A stretch of DNA of 64,000 nucleotides from Rebecca billardiae RCC1528 (taxonomy: Eukaryota > Protista > Haptophyta). The position numbers and the translations under genes are program-made. The stretch is taken from positions 806,001 to 870,000 of the forward strand of contig OZ251225.1 of assembly GCA_965240325.2 (NCBI GenBank), read 5' to 3'. Positions 18,681-31,700 of this stretch are shown here, piece by piece (within the stretch, counting starts at the first letter, position 1; each line of letters begins with the position of its first letter). The notes under the pieces were generated by a model. It saw nothing but the letters and a program-made list of their open reading frames with translations, ran no database searches and had not been told where the DNA came from.

Positions 18681-19040
18681 ATGGAGTGCGACGCGCCTCC
18701 GACGCAGCGCGCATTTGCTTCGGGGGCGCGCACATCCCCGTCCTTCGCCCGCTACCTGCCGTTCGCGTACGAGAGCTGCGGCGACGACTGGACGTGCTCC
18801 CGGGACGCTGCCATCGACGAGTACCTCTACGAGCGTGTCGAGCACGAGGTGCAGACTGGGCACTACTCGGGGGCGATCTCGCCGACACGGAAGCGGACAC
18901 TGGATGACACGGCCGCCGAGCCGAAGCGCAAGTGCGTGCGCCAGATCCCGCTGCAAGAGGTGAACGCGTTCAAGCCGCTCGCCTTCGCGTGTGCCCCGAT
19001 GGTGGCCGAGTGCCCTCGTGGCGAGCACATGCAGCTCTAG
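18681..19040 (+). CDS. Small hypothetical protein (119 aa) with a basic NLS-like motif (RKR..PKRK)
   Basis: ATG 18681 to TAG 19040 with coding-like GC3 bias; lies divergent to the 18404 gene. No recognised domain. Confidence 0.5.
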   Translation: MECDAPPTQRAFASGARTSPSFARYLPFAYESCGDDWTCSRDAAIDEYLYERVEHEVQTGHYSGAISPTRKRTLDDTAAEPKRKCVRQIPLQEVNAFKPLAFACAPMVAECPRGEHMQL

Positions 19041-19607
19041 GCTCGTACTGTGACGGTGTACCCTCTTGCCGTTCTGTGTGCACGCACAGCTCTTTATTTA
19101 TTCGGTGGTGTACGCACCCCGCACCGCACACGCCGAGGCCCGCTGTGTCGAGGCGCAGTCGCTCTTCGGCGCCGCGGCCCGTGCCGCGCATGCGGCACTC
19201 CGCGGTCCCGGTGAATCGTGACATGCGTCGCCGGGCAGCGACGTCGGTGCCGACCTCCGGTCCCGGACTCCCTGTGCTGGTCAGGCGGGCCCTTGTGATG
19301 GTGAAATTGCAGCTCGGTGGCGCGTCAATCGTCTGAGAGTGCGACTGGACGACGCTGAGCCTACGATCCTTCCGTGGCAGCAGTAAGCAGCTAGCTGCTG
19401 GTGCTTTTTGACCACTGGATGACGACCGGTACAAGTAGGCTGCGGTCACGATTCCTCACCGGTCTTTCGTGATGTCTGCAAGGCCACCAGTGAGTTCTTC
19501 CTCGGCCAACCGACCCCACGGACGGAGGGATGCTGTTTTCCGCGGCGAGCCCAATGTCGTTTCGCGTGCTCTCGGCACCGGATCAGCGCCGCGCGCGGAG
19601 CGGAGTC

Positions 19608-20830
19608 ATGACGGACTCCAAGCACTACGTCGAGCGCGTACAATCGACGAAGGGTGACACGTTCGAGTCGAGCGTGAGCGCGATCATCTTTGGTGGCGAG
19701 AGCCAGAAGCCCCCTTCGGATGTGATCTCCACGGCGCGCAAGCCGCCGCGCATGGGCCGGAGCAAGCCCGACCCGTTTGTGAGCACAAAGCGCATGGTGG
19801 GCGCGCTCGAGGAGCTGCCGCCCGAGCTCTCGTCCGAGCGGTGGCCATCGAAGAAGATCGCCGATGCGTTCGCGTTCCGGCTCGAGCAGAAGGGCACCAG
19901 CGTCGAGGCGGTCACGCGCAACCTGCAGCGCCTCATGGTTGCGCTGCACGCCGGCGTGATGGAGGGGAACAAGGTGGTCGCCGTCTCGGCACCCGACTTT
20001 CAAAAGGTGGCGGCGGCGTGGGGCATCATCGTGGACAGGGCACAGGCGCGCGAGATCTTCAGCATGCGCGGCCTCCCGATCGACGCGCCCGCGCCGCTGC
20101 ACGTCTTCGTGCGCCAGTTCACCAACATCGGCAGCGAGCACAGCCTGCTCGAGGGCTCCCGGCCGCGCTCGCTCACGCGCGCGCCGCCGGTCGACTACAG
20201 CGGCGGCGCCGCGCCGTACGCGGGCGGGCGCGAGAATCAGGCGGAGCTCACGCGCCGAGACCTATACCAGACCGTGCGGTCACACCGGCGCGAGGAGCAG
20301 GAGGTGCGCTGCTCGCCACGCCCGCGCGCGCGAGCTGCCAGCAGCCAGCGGCCGCGCGGCGCTGAGACGAGTCGCCCCACCCCCTCGCCCGCTCACACGC
20401 GCACCCTCTGCGCGCTGCGCCCGGCCTCGCGCCTCGCCCTTGCCAGGAGGCGTGGCGTCAGCGCGGTCAGCGGAACCACCTCATACGGCACACACACGCG
20501 GTGCACCCACGCCCGCTCCGGCCGGACGCGGTGGTGCAGCTGCACGAGCGGCTCGGCCAGGCGGGCCTGACGCAGCACGACGCGGTCGCGCGCATCCTGC
20601 GCATGCTCGGGCACAGCGCCGAGCCGAGCGTGCTCGACGAGCGCTTCGCGGTGGGCAACCTGACGATGACGCCGCAGCTGCTCGAGCTGCTGTCCTCGCG
20701 CATGCACGTGCAGCTCTCCTCGGACGAGTCCGCCACGCTGATTTCGCAGTACGGCGGCAAGTCTGTCTTCGAGTTTGTGAAAGAATTCCTCAACCACGAC
20801 TTCAAGACGTTCATCCCCGTGGATAGCTGA
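19608..20830 (+). CDS. Hypothetical protein (~359 aa) with degenerate EF-hand-like helix pairs
   Basis: Exons 19608-20303 (in-frame upstream ATG at 19530 also possible) and 20447-20830, with a GTGCG..CCAG phase-0 intron. EF-like segments: VSAPDFQKVAAAWGIIVDRAQAREIF and MTPQLLELLSSRMHVQLSSDESATLISQY. Confidence 0.6.
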
Positions 20831-21580
20831 GCGCGCGCGGCGCGGCGCGGCACGCGTGGGGCTAGGCGCGACGCTGGTGGGCGGTCAGGCGGGCGGACAC
20901 GTGATGGGGCAGTCCGCGGCCCCAACGACTGCCATGCCTCATCGCGGAGACGACGCCCGGAGGCGATCATCAGTCATCATCACGGACACGGACCGATCAT
21001 CATCGGATACGGCAGACGATCTAAGCAGGCCTACGTACGCCCCCGGTACGGTGGTCGGTGTGACAGACAGACACAGTCATGGACATGAGTGCAGAGTAGA
21101 CACTATAACTCACTAGATACAGCAGTGATGTGTGGTCGCTCCTTATTGATCGACCTTTATTACTACTCGTCTCGGATCTAATTCTTATAATTTATAATTA
21201 GCGCCTCCTTGATCAGTTGATGTCCATCTGATCATGCAGGCCCAGGGTACAGACTACCGAGACCCCGACAGCACCCCGGCCCCCCGTGTCCGTGAGACCG
21301 TACGGCGTCGGCGTACCGTCGTCCGAGTCACTATACTCGTCACGATTACTCGTGCCGCCAACTGGCGTCTCGGGCCAGCCCCGGGGGCCGTCTCGGCCGC
21401 CCTGCGGACTCACTGCGCCACTGCGGCACTCTCAGCGTCACTGAGTCACTGCGGACTGGCCACTGGGCCGGCGCCGGCGTCGGCGAGTGCACGCAGCCTG
21501 CAGCCTGCTGACTCGACCGCTCCGGGGCAGGACTCTGTGACCGTGTACTGGAGTACAGAACGGTCGACTAGGTCAATCAG

Positions 21581-23032
21581 TCAGTGCGCACGCACACCCG
21601 GCGTGCCCGTGGGCGTGGGGCCCGCGCGGCCCGCGCCGCCTCCGAGTCCGATGGCTCCGCCTGCCGATCCACCTGCTGCACCTGATGACGCCACACGGGG
21701 CCCAGCGGATGCTGGCCGCGTCCGAGCAGCCGACTGCTGCTGCGCGGGCGCCAGCCGCGAGCCCGAGGACACGCCCCTCGGACCCCCTCCGCGGGCGCTC
21801 TGTGGCGCGCGCGCAGCGCCCGGAGCACCGCTCGCCACGGCCGCCGACGGTCGCATTGGCGACGGCGGGCTGGCGGCGCCAGACTCGCTTCCGCTCGCAG
21901 CGTTGGCGGCCGCGGCCGAGGCCGAGCTGAAGGCCTGCTTCTCGTCCGCATCCATCAGCCGCTGCATGAAGCGCGGAAGCGGCATGTCACGCCCGCTCAC
22001 TCGCACGGTCACGTCGACTCGGCCGACGGTGCGCTCGATCACGCGCGTGAGGTGCAGCACCCTCGAGCGCAGCGCCGCAACCTCGAGCGCGGCGCCCTTC
22101 TCGCGCGGCGTTCGGACCGGCGAGCCCATTGTGAGCTCCTGCCTCGCCCTCACGAGCTCAGCGCGCGTCGCGGCGGCGCCCTCGACCTCCGCCGCGAGCA
22201 GCACTTTGAGGTGGTCACGCTCTTCCCTCGCCTTGGCCAGGTCGCGCTGCATCGACGCGATCGCCGCCTTGTGCCGCGACTCCTGCGCGCTCAGCTTGGC
22301 GGCGCGCTCGCTCGACTGCCCCGCACGCCGCTCGACCTGAGCGAGCGAGCTCGACAGCTGCGCGTTGAGCTGGGAGAGCTCCCGGTTCTGCTTCTCGAGG
22401 GAGGCGAGCCTGCGTGGTGGCCGGGCGGGGCGCGTGGGATGCGGACTTCGCGGTGAGCGCCGTCGCGGCCGGGTGCGGGCGGTGCGGACGGGCGTCGAGC
22501 GCACCGCGCCCTTGGCGCGCTCACTTTGCATCCCTGGCCAGCCCGGAGGAGCGGAGGAAGCCCACAACCTGACGCAGCTCGACCTCGAGCGCCTCGGCTC
22601 GGGCGAGATCGGTGCCGACCGCGAGCACGCACGCCGCCTTGTCGTCCTCGTGCATGTCCACCAGCCCCTGCGCGCGCTCGAGCTGCGCGCGCACGTGCTG
22701 CAGGTCTGCGGCGCGCTCGTCAGCGAGCCGCTCGACCGCGCGCAGCTCGACGGCGTGCTTGGCCTCCACGGCAGCAGCGACCTTCTCGAGCACGCCTAAA
22801 CGCACGGACATCGACGCCTCCGCCTCGGCCAGTGCCGCTCCGCGCGCGTCCTTCTCACGCAGCAGCGAGTAGTAGTGCTGCTCCATGCGCTCGAGCAGCC
22901 GCCGCACCGTCGCCTTGTCGCGCGCTGGGATGGCGATGGACTCGATGATGCGGCGCTGCTCGTCGAGGCCTTCAATGTGAGCCACCTGCCCGCGCCGCGC
23001 GCGGGCGGGCGTCGCGCGTAGGTCCTTATACA
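21581..23032 (-). CDS. Coiled-coil hypothetical protein (5' end uncertain, may extend to ~23275)
   Basis: Intron 22524-22410 (GTGAG..GCAG) joins ARDAK to LASLEKQNREL. Heptad-rich E/A/L/R composition; stop at 21581. A further acceptor at ~22987 suggests additional upstream exons. Confidence 0.6.
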
Positions 23033-23390
23033 TCCGTGGCGAGCGCTTCAGCCACAGCGATGATTTTTTCAAATGCTGGACCGGCGCGCAGCCATCGCTG
23101 CCGGAGCAGGCCTTGCCTGAGTTCCCTCCACCCACCTGCCGCCGGCACAGGCCACAGCCAACACAGCTACACTACACAGCACGCCTGTCCGGGTTGCCGC
23201 CCCTGTGCGGCAGGCCGGCACAGCCGGCAGGCCCACGTGGGTGTCACCGGACTCGAGCTGCTTGGATCTCGCCATCCCCGAGATCGCTCCAGCCGGGCGG
23301 GCGCGAAAGGATCCGGCGTTTTCCAAGCGAGGCGCTAGATTCGGTCGGCGTCATTCGCTCAGCGCGGCGGGTCATCAGCGCGGCGGCACG

Positions 23391-24473
23391 ATGATGAGGC
23401 TCTTCGTTCTCCTCGGCCTGGCGGCGACGGCAAGCGGCTTCGGCGGCGGCAGCGTGGCGCGCAGCCGCATGACGCGCAGCGTGCGCGCGCGCATGTCCGA
23501 CGCGTACGGCGCGTCGCACACGTCCTTCTACACATCGGAGGAGAAGAAGGACTCGTACGAGACGCTCGACGAGGTCCTCACAAAATCGATGTCGAACGTG
23601 GAGCTGCGCACGCTGATCAAGGAGCAGATGGAGGCGTGCGTGAAGATCACCGACGCGCTGCGCACTGCCCTGGTCACCGTCGAGGGCACCGCCAACTCGT
23701 TTGGTGACGTGCAGCTGACCGTCGACGTGATTGCCGACAAGCTGATGTGGGATGCGTGCTTCCAGTCGGAGCTCGTCAAGGAGGCGTCGTCGGAGGAGGA
23801 GCCGGAGGTCAAGCCAGTGAAGGACACGGGCAAGTACATCATCTGCTGGGACCCGCTCGACGGCTCGTCGATCGTCGACAACAACTGGGCGGTCGGCACG
23901 ATGATTGGCATCTGGCCCGAGTCGACCGGCCTGCTCGGCGCGACCGGCCGCGACCAGGTCACGTCGATCGTCGCGCTGTACGGCCCGCGCACGACGGTGC
24001 TCGTCGCGCTCGACGACGGCACGTACGAGTTCACGCTCGGCGAGGGCAACCAGTGGATCTGCTCGCGCTCGAAGATCCAGATCGACAAGGACGCGAAGAT
24101 CTTTGCGCCGGCCAACATGCGCTCCGCACAGGACCTGGACGGGTACAGCGCGCTCATCGACCACTGGATGACCAACCGCTACACGCTGCGCTACTCGGGC
24201 GGCCTCGTGCCCGACGTGTACCAGCAGTTCACCAAGCGCCAGGGCATCTTCGCCAACCCCACCTCGGAGAACGCGCCGGCGAAGCTGCGCCTCGCCTTCG
24301 AGGCCGCGCCGTTTGCGCTCCTCGTCGAGAAGGCGGGCGGCAAGACGTCGGATGGCGTCACGGGTGGCTCGGTGCTCGATGTCAAGATCACGGGCATCGA
24401 CCAGCGCACGCCGCTGTGCATCGGCTCGGCGAACGAGGTCGACCGCTTCAACAAGATGGTGCTCAAGAAGTAA
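23391..24473 (+). CDS. SBP: Sedoheptulose-1,7-bisphosphatase, plastid precursor (360 aa)
   Basis: FBPase-family motifs NSFGDVQLTVD, SSEE, WDPLDGSSIVDNNWAVGT, LRYSGGLVPDV (SBPase-type) and KLRLAFEAAP. Bipartite leader MMRLFVLLGLAATASG|F. Confidence 0.9.
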   Translation: MMRLFVLLGLAATASGFGGGSVARSRMTRSVRARMSDAYGASHTSFYTSEEKKDSYETLDEVLTKSMSNVELRTLIKEQMEACVKITDALRTALVTVEGTANSFGDVQLTVDVIADKLMWDACFQSELVKEASSEEEPEVKPVKDTGKYIICWDPLDGSSIVDNNWAVGTMIGIWPESTGLLGATGRDQVTSIVALYGPRTTVLVALDDGTYEFTLGEGNQWICSRSKIQIDKDAKIFAPANMRSAQDLDGYSALIDHWMTNRYTLRYSGGLVPDVYQQFTKRQGIFANPTSENAPAKLRLAFEAAPFALLVEKAGGKTSDGVTGGSVLDVKITGIDQRTPLCIGSANEVDRFNKMVLKK

Positions 24474-25035
24474 GCGCCTCTGAGCTCCCGCGAAGCGTGG
24501 GCCGGCGCGGGCCGATCGATGCGACATCCTGTCGTCGTGCTATGCCGGTGCCTCGCCATGGGCATGGGCATTCACATTGGGGCCATGCCGCGCTACTGCG
24601 ACCTTGAACGCCGTGCCCGTGGCCCGCATTTCGGACTGCGCCTGCTCAAAGATCTGATCTAACAGTGTGCTGCTTCAGATTCATCAGAGTGTCATCCGAC
24701 GATCAGTGTGTCCGTAAGTGTCGTAACTCAGTGTCCGTCTACTGATAGTGAGCCCGAGTCGTCGGATGTACCGCGACTTCCACTATATACGACGCAGATG
24801 ATGAATCATCGCTGCTAATCAGAGTGACGATTGGATTGATGACTTCATCATGCTCGACACTGGCGCTGATCTGTGACAATCATGATCTCGTGATGATGAG
24901 TGAGCATCTGCCCGCGGGAACAGCATGCCCGCGCCGCTCGCCGCCGTGCGCTCAACCGCACAGCGCGTTGCGCGATGATCACCGGCAGACCGAGCCGTTG
25001 GACCCCGGCCCGAGGCCAGGTGTGCGCCGCCGCCC

Positions 25036-26490
25036 TCAGTTCACCTTGTTGAAGACGGCTGTGTGCAGCCCGCCGAGCTGTGCTGTCCACTTCTCGAGGG
25101 ACTGGTACTTCTTCGCGCCCTTCGGGTCCTTGTCGAGCACGAGGAGCTGCTGCAGCTGGTCGATGTGCCCGTCAACCTGTCCGTCGAGGATGAGCGAGAC
25201 GAGCAGCGACTCCACCTCCGCCTCGTCTACGTTGAGCTGGCTCGAGATGAACGGCAGCCGGATGCGCGTGTACGGCTGGATGAGCTTGAGCAGCACCTGC
25301 GTGCGGATCATGCGCAGCAGGTCGGAGATGTGGTCGGCGATGAACGCGTCGTCCATGATCGTGCGCTGGTTGCGCTTGAGGATCTTCTCGAACGTGCGGA
25401 TCTCGTTCCTGCGCGGCGGCGCAGCGGACGGGGCACGCGCGCGCCGCCGCCGATCAGCGCCGGCGCACCGGTGACGCGCCCGAGTGCGCTGCGCGCGCGC
25501 GCGCGCACGCGCGCGCACGCGCGGGCGGCAAGGCGCGGCGCGCATGGCGCCATGCGCGCACTGCATGTACGCCGACACGAGGTCGGTCATCGCGACGATC
25601 TCGGGGTCGTTCTTGTACGGCTTCGCCTCCTGCGAGTCGAACGGGTTGATGTCCGAGTTCATCAGCATGTTCGCGAGCACCAGGTACTTGAGGCACTGGA
25701 TCCGCCTCCGCTCGCCCGCCTCGTCATAGTTCTTGAAGGCCTCAAAGAAGTCGGTGCGCGCCTCCTCCCACGCGCGCTGCGCCATGTGCATCTTGCCGCC
25801 GCACTCGCGGATGACGCCCATGATGCGCGGGTGCGGGATGGCGGACTGGATCTGCAGCGCCTGCGTGTACAGCCCCGCGAGCTTCTTGTTGTCCTTCGTC
25901 GCCGTGTGCATCTGGATCTCGAGCGCGTACACCTCGAGCAGCTGCGTGCCCTTGCGCTGCGCGTCCGCGCCGTCCTCGCCCTGGCACGAGAGGTGGAGCT
26001 CGCGGATGATCTGCTGCAGCCGGCCGTACTCGGAGGTGTCAAAGTACAGCTTGCCCAGCTTGAGGTTCGTCTTGAACCATAACCGCTCGTTCTTCGCCTG
26101 CTTGAGCGCGTCGAGCGTCGTCTGGTAGAACTCCTGCAGCAGCGCCATGTCCGCCGAGCTCGAGACGAGATCAAGGATCTTGTTGATCACCTTCTCCGAG
26201 TAGTTGCGCGTGACGGCCGACTTGATGTACGTCAGCATCTCGCGGTACGCCTCGAGCATCGGCGCGTACTGCTTCAGCTTGAGCTGCAGCTTGACGATCT
26301 GCTTAAGCGCCTTAAAGCCCCACTCGCCTTTTTCACTCTCCATGTTCACGACCTCGCGGAAGCCCTGCAGCGCGTCGGAGGCGTCAGAGTCGACGAGGCC
26401 CTTCGAGTTGTAGTACTGGTTCTCGATGTTCACGTCCTCCTCCTCAGGGTCCTCGTCCGAGTACTCGAACCCATAGTCCTCGTCGTCCAT
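25036..26490 (-). CDS. CSN2: COP9 signalosome complex subunit 2 (433 aa)
   Basis: [45 protein letters not shown], and the PCI domain [16 protein letters not shown]. Exons 26490-25562 and 25408-25036; the 153-bp intron is in frame. Confidence 0.96.
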   Translation of the reverse strand: MDDEDYGFEYSDEDPEEEDVNIENQYYNSKGLVDSDASDALQGFREVVNMESEKGEWGFKALKQIVKLQLKLKQYAPMLEAYREMLTYIKSAVTRNYSEKVINKILDLVSSSADMALLQEFYQTTLDALKQAKNERLWFKTNLKLGKLYFDTSEYGRLQQIIRELHLSCQGEDGADAQRKGTQLLEVYALEIQMHTATKDNKKLAGLYTQALQIQSAIPHPRIMGVIRECGGKMHMAQRAWEEARTDFFEAFKNYDEAGERRRIQCLKYLVLANMLMNSDINPFDSQEAKPYKNDPEIVAMTDLVSAYMQCAHGAMRAAPCRPRVRARARARAQRTRARHRCAGADRRRRARAPSAAPPRRNEIRTFEKILKRNQRTIMDDAFIADHISDLLRMIRTQVLLKLIQPYTRIRLPFISSQLNVDEAEVESLLVSLILDGQVDGHIDQLQQLLVLDKDPKGAKKYQSLEKWTAQLGGLHTAVFNKVN

Positions 26491-26763
26491 GGCGCCGTCG
26501 GCGGGCCGAGTCGCGTGCCGCGGCCGCGCGCACACGCACGCGCCCCCGACACGCGCTGCGCGGTCAGCGCGGCGGGAGGCACAGGCGCAGGCCGCAATGG
26601 GAGCCACGTGAGCCACGCAGACCCGCCGAGCGCTCCGCACGGCAGTGCGCCTCGCGCGCGGCGCGGTGGCGCGCCGTCGACACGGCGCGGAGCGCGCACG
26701 TCCGGTCAGTGCCGCCGCGCGCGGCAAGCGCGCGCTCGGACTCACGGGGGCGTACCTGGTACG

Positions 26764-28113
26764 ATGGCGTCGTCGGCGCAGCGGTTGCTCACGCACCTCT
26801 TCATGGTGGCTGGCTTGCCGGCGTTCGGCGCGCTCGGCACTGCGTGGCGGCCGGATTCCACGCTGATTAAGCCGCCGAGCATGAACACGTCGCTCGTCCC
26901 GCCGCCGAGCTTCAACACGTCGCTCGTCGTGCCGCCCGCCGGGCGCCAGCTCCGGCAGGTGGCGAATAGCAAGCACGCGACCTACTGCCACCCGTACTCG
27001 CCCGCGCACCCGAAGCGGACGGTGTGCTACCTGGACGCGCCGCGCGTCTGCCGCGCGGCGCCAACGAACATGGACCGGTACGCCTGCGTCTTTGTCGTCA
27101 CCAAGCTGACCGACAGCTACATTGACACGATCATCCTCAGCGTGCGCCGGCTGCGCACGCGCACGCGCGCGTGGATCATCGTGATCGCGCCCAAGAACGA
27201 GCCAGAAGTGCCGCCCGCGGCGCTCTCGAGGCTGCAGAAGCGCATGCAGGCGCTCGACCGCAAGACGATGGTGTACCTGCACGCGTGGCCCGCTGCGCCC
27301 GCCGGCGGCGGCCACCAGTCGGACGTGCAGCTCGAGTCGTGGTTTGTGGACGTGCTGCGCCAGCTGCCCAACTGCTGCGGCTGGCGCGAGTACTTCAAGC
27401 TGATCGCGTGGAAGCTGAACGCGTTCAAGCGCGTGATCCTGCTCGACCTCGACGTGCAGGTCCTCGCCAACCTCGACCACCTCTTCGGCTGCCCCGAGGA
27501 CATCAAGGCGATGTACGTCGCGGGCCCGTCCGGGCCGTGGCAGGGCGGCTTCTTTGTCGCCACGCCGAGCCGCGGCGTGTACGACGAGATGCTGCGCCGG
27601 CTGCGCGCGCCGCAGTACTCGCCCGCCAAGTTCTGGTTCAACACGGTGGGGCAGCTGCACAAGCAGTACCACGGCGACAACTGCTACGGCTGCGAGGGCC
27701 CCCAGGGCTTCCTCTACTGGTTCTTTGTGCTGCGCAAGAACAACCTGCTCGTGGGCGAGCTCGACTCGTGCGTGTACGACGCGATCAACCCGCACAACGG
27801 CTGCCTCGACTTCTGGAAGGAGGCCAAGTCGGCGCAGTACCACCTCAAGTCGATCCACAAGTTCTCCACGGTGCACTCCAACCAGGCGCTCTGCCGCTCG
27901 CAGGCCGCCGTGATCGCCGGGCACGTGCGCCGCATCGTCGGGTACAAGGACGCCAAGACGCTCTTCTTTGTGCGCCAGTGCGGCCTCGCCTCGGCCGACC
28001 CGTCGGTCGTCCACGCGTACCGACGAGAAGGCGGCTCGAAGCTGAGCGACCGGGGCGTCTCGGTGCAGACACTCTGCCAGGCGCATAAGACGTGCGCCGT
28101 GCCAATGCCGTGA
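26764..28113 (+). CDS. Glycosyltransferase family 8 (glycogenin/GUX-like), 449 aa
   Basis: GT8 signature [32 protein letters not shown] with Dx[10 protein letters not shown] and PQGFL. N-terminal hydrophobic anchor; short PPSxNTSLV duplication at ~26872-26930. Confidence 0.82.
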   Translation: MASSAQRLLTHLFMVAGLPAFGALGTAWRPDSTLIKPPSMNTSLVPPPSFNTSLVVPPAGRQLRQVANSKHATYCHPYSPAHPKRTVCYLDAPRVCRAAPTNMDRYACVFVVTKLTDSYIDTIILSVRRLRTRTRAWIIVIAPKNEPEVPPAALSRLQKRMQALDRKTMVYLHAWPAAPAGGGHQSDVQLESWFVDVLRQLPNCCGWREYFKLIAWKLNAFKRVILLDLDVQVLANLDHLFGCPEDIKAMYVAGPSGPWQGGFFVATPSRGVYDEMLRRLRAPQYSPAKFWFNTVGQLHKQYHGDNCYGCEGPQGFLYWFFVLRKNNLLVGELDSCVYDAINPHNGCLDFWKEAKSAQYHLKSIHKFSTVHSNQALCRSQAAVIAGHVRRIVGYKDAKTLFFVRQCGLASADPSVVHAYRREGGSKLSDRGVSVQTLCQAHKTCAVPMP

Positions 28114-28716
28114 GGGCCAGTTTTACCGTGATGAGACGACGCCAAATGGCCCGGCGCGCTTGGCTCTGCGCAGCGGCGCAGCCTGTGACTGGCAGTCTGG
28201 CAGTGACTGGCTCTCTCTCACATCCGTGATCCAACATACATCGCCCGGCGGATGAGTCATCGGCGCCTGCCCCCATCACCACACTGTGTGCCCATGGCGA
28301 TGATGATGCGGCAGATGCGCATCAGATTATATCATCATCAGTCAGCGCAGCACTACGCGCTTAAATGATGCTGACGACGATGATGAATTAATATATATTC
28401 CGCCGCCGCCGATATATCCGTCACCGTGACGGTCACGGTGATGATTATATTATTGCTGTCAATGTCATCATCGTCGCGTCGTAATCATCATCATCGATAT
28501 CGATGATCGCGATCGTCGCGCGTCGTCACGATCGGATATGACTCGCTAGCCTCGGGGACAGTGATGACGAGCCGCGCGATGATGCACTGCGCTGACACTA
28601 TATCTATAACGACGACTACCGCCTATTCATAAGACATCGTCATCGCGTGATCGTCCTGGATCCTGCGACGACACCGTCGGCACACAGTCACACACCGCGC
28701 CGGCCCGGGTGCGCGA

Positions 28717-31700
28717 CTATCGTCTGAGACTGCTGTCGCTGAAGAACTCCTCTTTGGGGACGAGCCGCGGCAGCGAGCTTCTCGTGAGCTGCGGCGCGCG
28801 GCGGAACATGCCGGCGTGCGCGTCGAGCTCGCCCTGCGTCAGCGGCTTGAGCTCCTTGGGCTTGGGCTTAGGCTTGTGCGCCTCGAGCGTCGTGTCGTCG
28901 GCTGCCCAGTGCAGCAGGAAGTCGTCTGGCTCGCCGGTGAGCCCGTTGCGCGCGGTCCACTTGGACGGCTCGGTCTGCCGGAGGAAGTCGGCGAAGTCAA
29001 AGTTGTTGTCCTCCTTCGGGAAGATCGTGGTCGGCGGCATGGCCACCAGCGGCCGCTTCCCCCGGTACAGCCGGCGGATGGCCCTCTTCTGAGGGGAGTC
29101 GTGGAGAATGCCAACGTGCTTGGGCACGTCCGACTTGGCCGCATGGAAGGTGATGTCGTCGACGAGCACCTTCTGCTTCCAGCGGTGCGCCTCGAGCTGC
29201 TGCCGCGCCTTCTCCTCCGCCTCGAGCCCGTCCACGCCCTCCGCCGGGTCGGGCACGAAGATCGACTTGAACCATCCCGGGTCCTGCGTGAAGTAGTCGC
29301 CGCCGCGGTCTGAGGGCACCACCCATTCGGGCTTGCCCTTGGGCGCGCCCTCGTCCGCCTCCTCGCGCACGATGCCGGCGTTCTGCTGCTTGGTCGCACG
29401 GGCGCGCCGCACACGGCCCGTCGCGCGGAGCGCAGGGCGATGGAAGGCGGCGGCAGCGGCGTGAGAAGCGTGCCACTGGCTCCGGTGCGCGCGCGCGCGC
29501 CAGGGCACTTGGTGCCCGCAGGGCCAGCGCGCACTGCGCGGACCCCCGCGCGTGGGCGCGCGCTCGGCAGCTGGCACGCACCTTGCCAGGCTGCGGCTCG
29601 ACCCACGGCTGCCGGATGTAGTCGAGCCGGCCCGGATCCGGCTGCTTGATCTGCCACAGCGACCTGACCCACCCATCCCCCGTCTTGTCGTACTGCCGCT
29701 GGTCCCACAGCAGGATCTGAGGCCCGGACGAGTCCCACTCGCTGCCGCGGCCCTCGCGCTCGTCGCCGGACTGCGGGGTCAGGCGCGGCGGGCGGGCGGA
29801 CGGCGGCGCGTGAGCCGCTGCGGGGGTACGCTCTGCGCGCGCGCGCAGTGCCAGCAGCCAGCAGCCGCGCCGCACATGGCCGCGTAGGCCGCGTGCTGGC
29901 CGCCGCGCGCGCCAGCACACGCGGCGAGCCGGCCGCGCGGCGCGCAGAGTGGCGCGCGCGCCCACCTCGTCCTCCGACTCCTCGCCGATCTCGGCGGCGG
30001 AGAGGTACTCGGCGTTGTACGTGCGCAGCACGCCGGTGCGCTCGGCCTCCTCCTGGCACGCCTTGCGCAGCTGCGCCTGGTGCAGCATCGCCGACGAGTA
30101 CCGCTGGCTCGAGTAGATGTACACCTGGCCGTCCGGGCCGGCGAGATCGTCGCGGCTGAACTCAAACACGCGCTTCGGCCGGAGCGGGTTGGCGCACACG
30201 AGCGGCTCGGCGTTGCGCTTGACGTAGTCGAGCGGCTCGCGCGTGCGCCGCGCGCGGATCGACTCGGCGAACGACGTGGGCAGCCGCGAGTCCGTGTCCG
30301 CCTTGTTCTTGCTCACGGGCACGCGCTCGGCCTCGGCCTCGCCGTCCTGCGTGCCGCTCGCATCCTTGGCCGCGCCGCGCACCGCGTCGCGCTCGACCTC
30401 CACCGTGTTCTCGCGCACGCCGTGCCGGTCGGCGACGGTGAGCACGTCGCCGAACTTCTTGTCGAGCTCGAGCAGCGCGTCCACGGGCACCCACAGCGAG
30501 TTCTTGTGCATGTCGCGCAGCCGGTCCATCGCGAGCGTCGAGAAGATGCGCGTGAGCGCGCGCGCGCACGCCTCGGGCACACGTCCGTGCACGTACACGT
30601 TCGGCTTCGACATCAGCTCGGAGAAGGGCTGGCGCAGCTTGATCAGCTTGAGCGGCGTCTCGAAGGCGGTGTACAGGCGCTTGGGGAAGTGCAGCTTCCA
30701 GTTCGTCAGGTACCGCCGCCCGAGCTTCCGCTCCGACGCGTCGGTGCGGCGGAGGACGACGGCGAGCGCGGCCATGCCGTTGAGCGGCTGCGGTTGGTCG
30801 TCGTCCGCGCCCGTGCCCGCCTCCCAGCGCGCAAACCCGCCCTCGACGACGAAGAGGCGGAGGGTGCCGTCGGTGAGCTGGAAGCCGCTGAGGCAGTCGA
30901 GCCGCTCGTCCGCGAGGCCCGACGCCTTGTACTCGCTCCACGACGACGTGGACGACACGCCGGACATCGAGTTGACCTGCTCGATCACCCGGCTCATCCG
31001 GCCGAGCAGCTTGGTGTCGTCGTACCGCATCGTCACGACCACGCGCTGCAGGTCGTGCTCGAAGCCGCGCGGGCGCGCGCGCAGCGGCACGGCCGACTCG
31101 ACCTTGATGGTGACGCACGTGCCGTTCTCCACGTACTTGCCCGGGTAGTACGGCAGCGTGTCCACCGGGAAGAACGGGAACGTCGACGAGTCGGGAGGCG
31201 CGCGCTCCGCCGCGCGCTCGGACGGCACCACCTGCACGACGACCGTCTGCCGGCGCGAGGCAAAGGCTTTCACGTCCGGCCGGTCGCCGTGCGGCTTGGG
31301 CACGAGGGCGGCGAGGTTCACGGAGGCGACGCCGAAGGGCTGTTTCAGCTTGTCGTCCGCCGCCGTCGCCGCGGCGTCCTCGCCCGCCGCCGCGGGCGCT
31401 CCCTCGGCCGCCTCAGCCGCCGCCGCGCCGCCTCCGGCAGCCGAGTCATCGTTGGCCCCGCTGCCCTCGGCCGCGGCGCGCGCCGCCTTTGGTAGCGGGT
31501 CGCGGTCGTGCAGCTCGAGCTCGAGCGCCTCGGAGCTGAGCTCGGTGAGCAACGACTGCGGGTCCAGCGTGCCCGCGAAGATCGTCCGCTTCTCGTTCCA
31601 CCGCAGCGTGCTCGCGTGCGGCTGGCTGGTGGTGACGAACGTGCCCAGCCCCTGCGGCAGCCGGAGAGACACGTACACATGGCCGCAGCTGCGCGCGAGC

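Noticed and set aside
25036-28086. 1,016-aa 'extended' CSN2 ORF
   Set aside because: The upstream part is antisense read-through of the GT8 gene. The CSN2 N-terminus starts at 26490, and the internal insert is a 153-bp in-frame intron.
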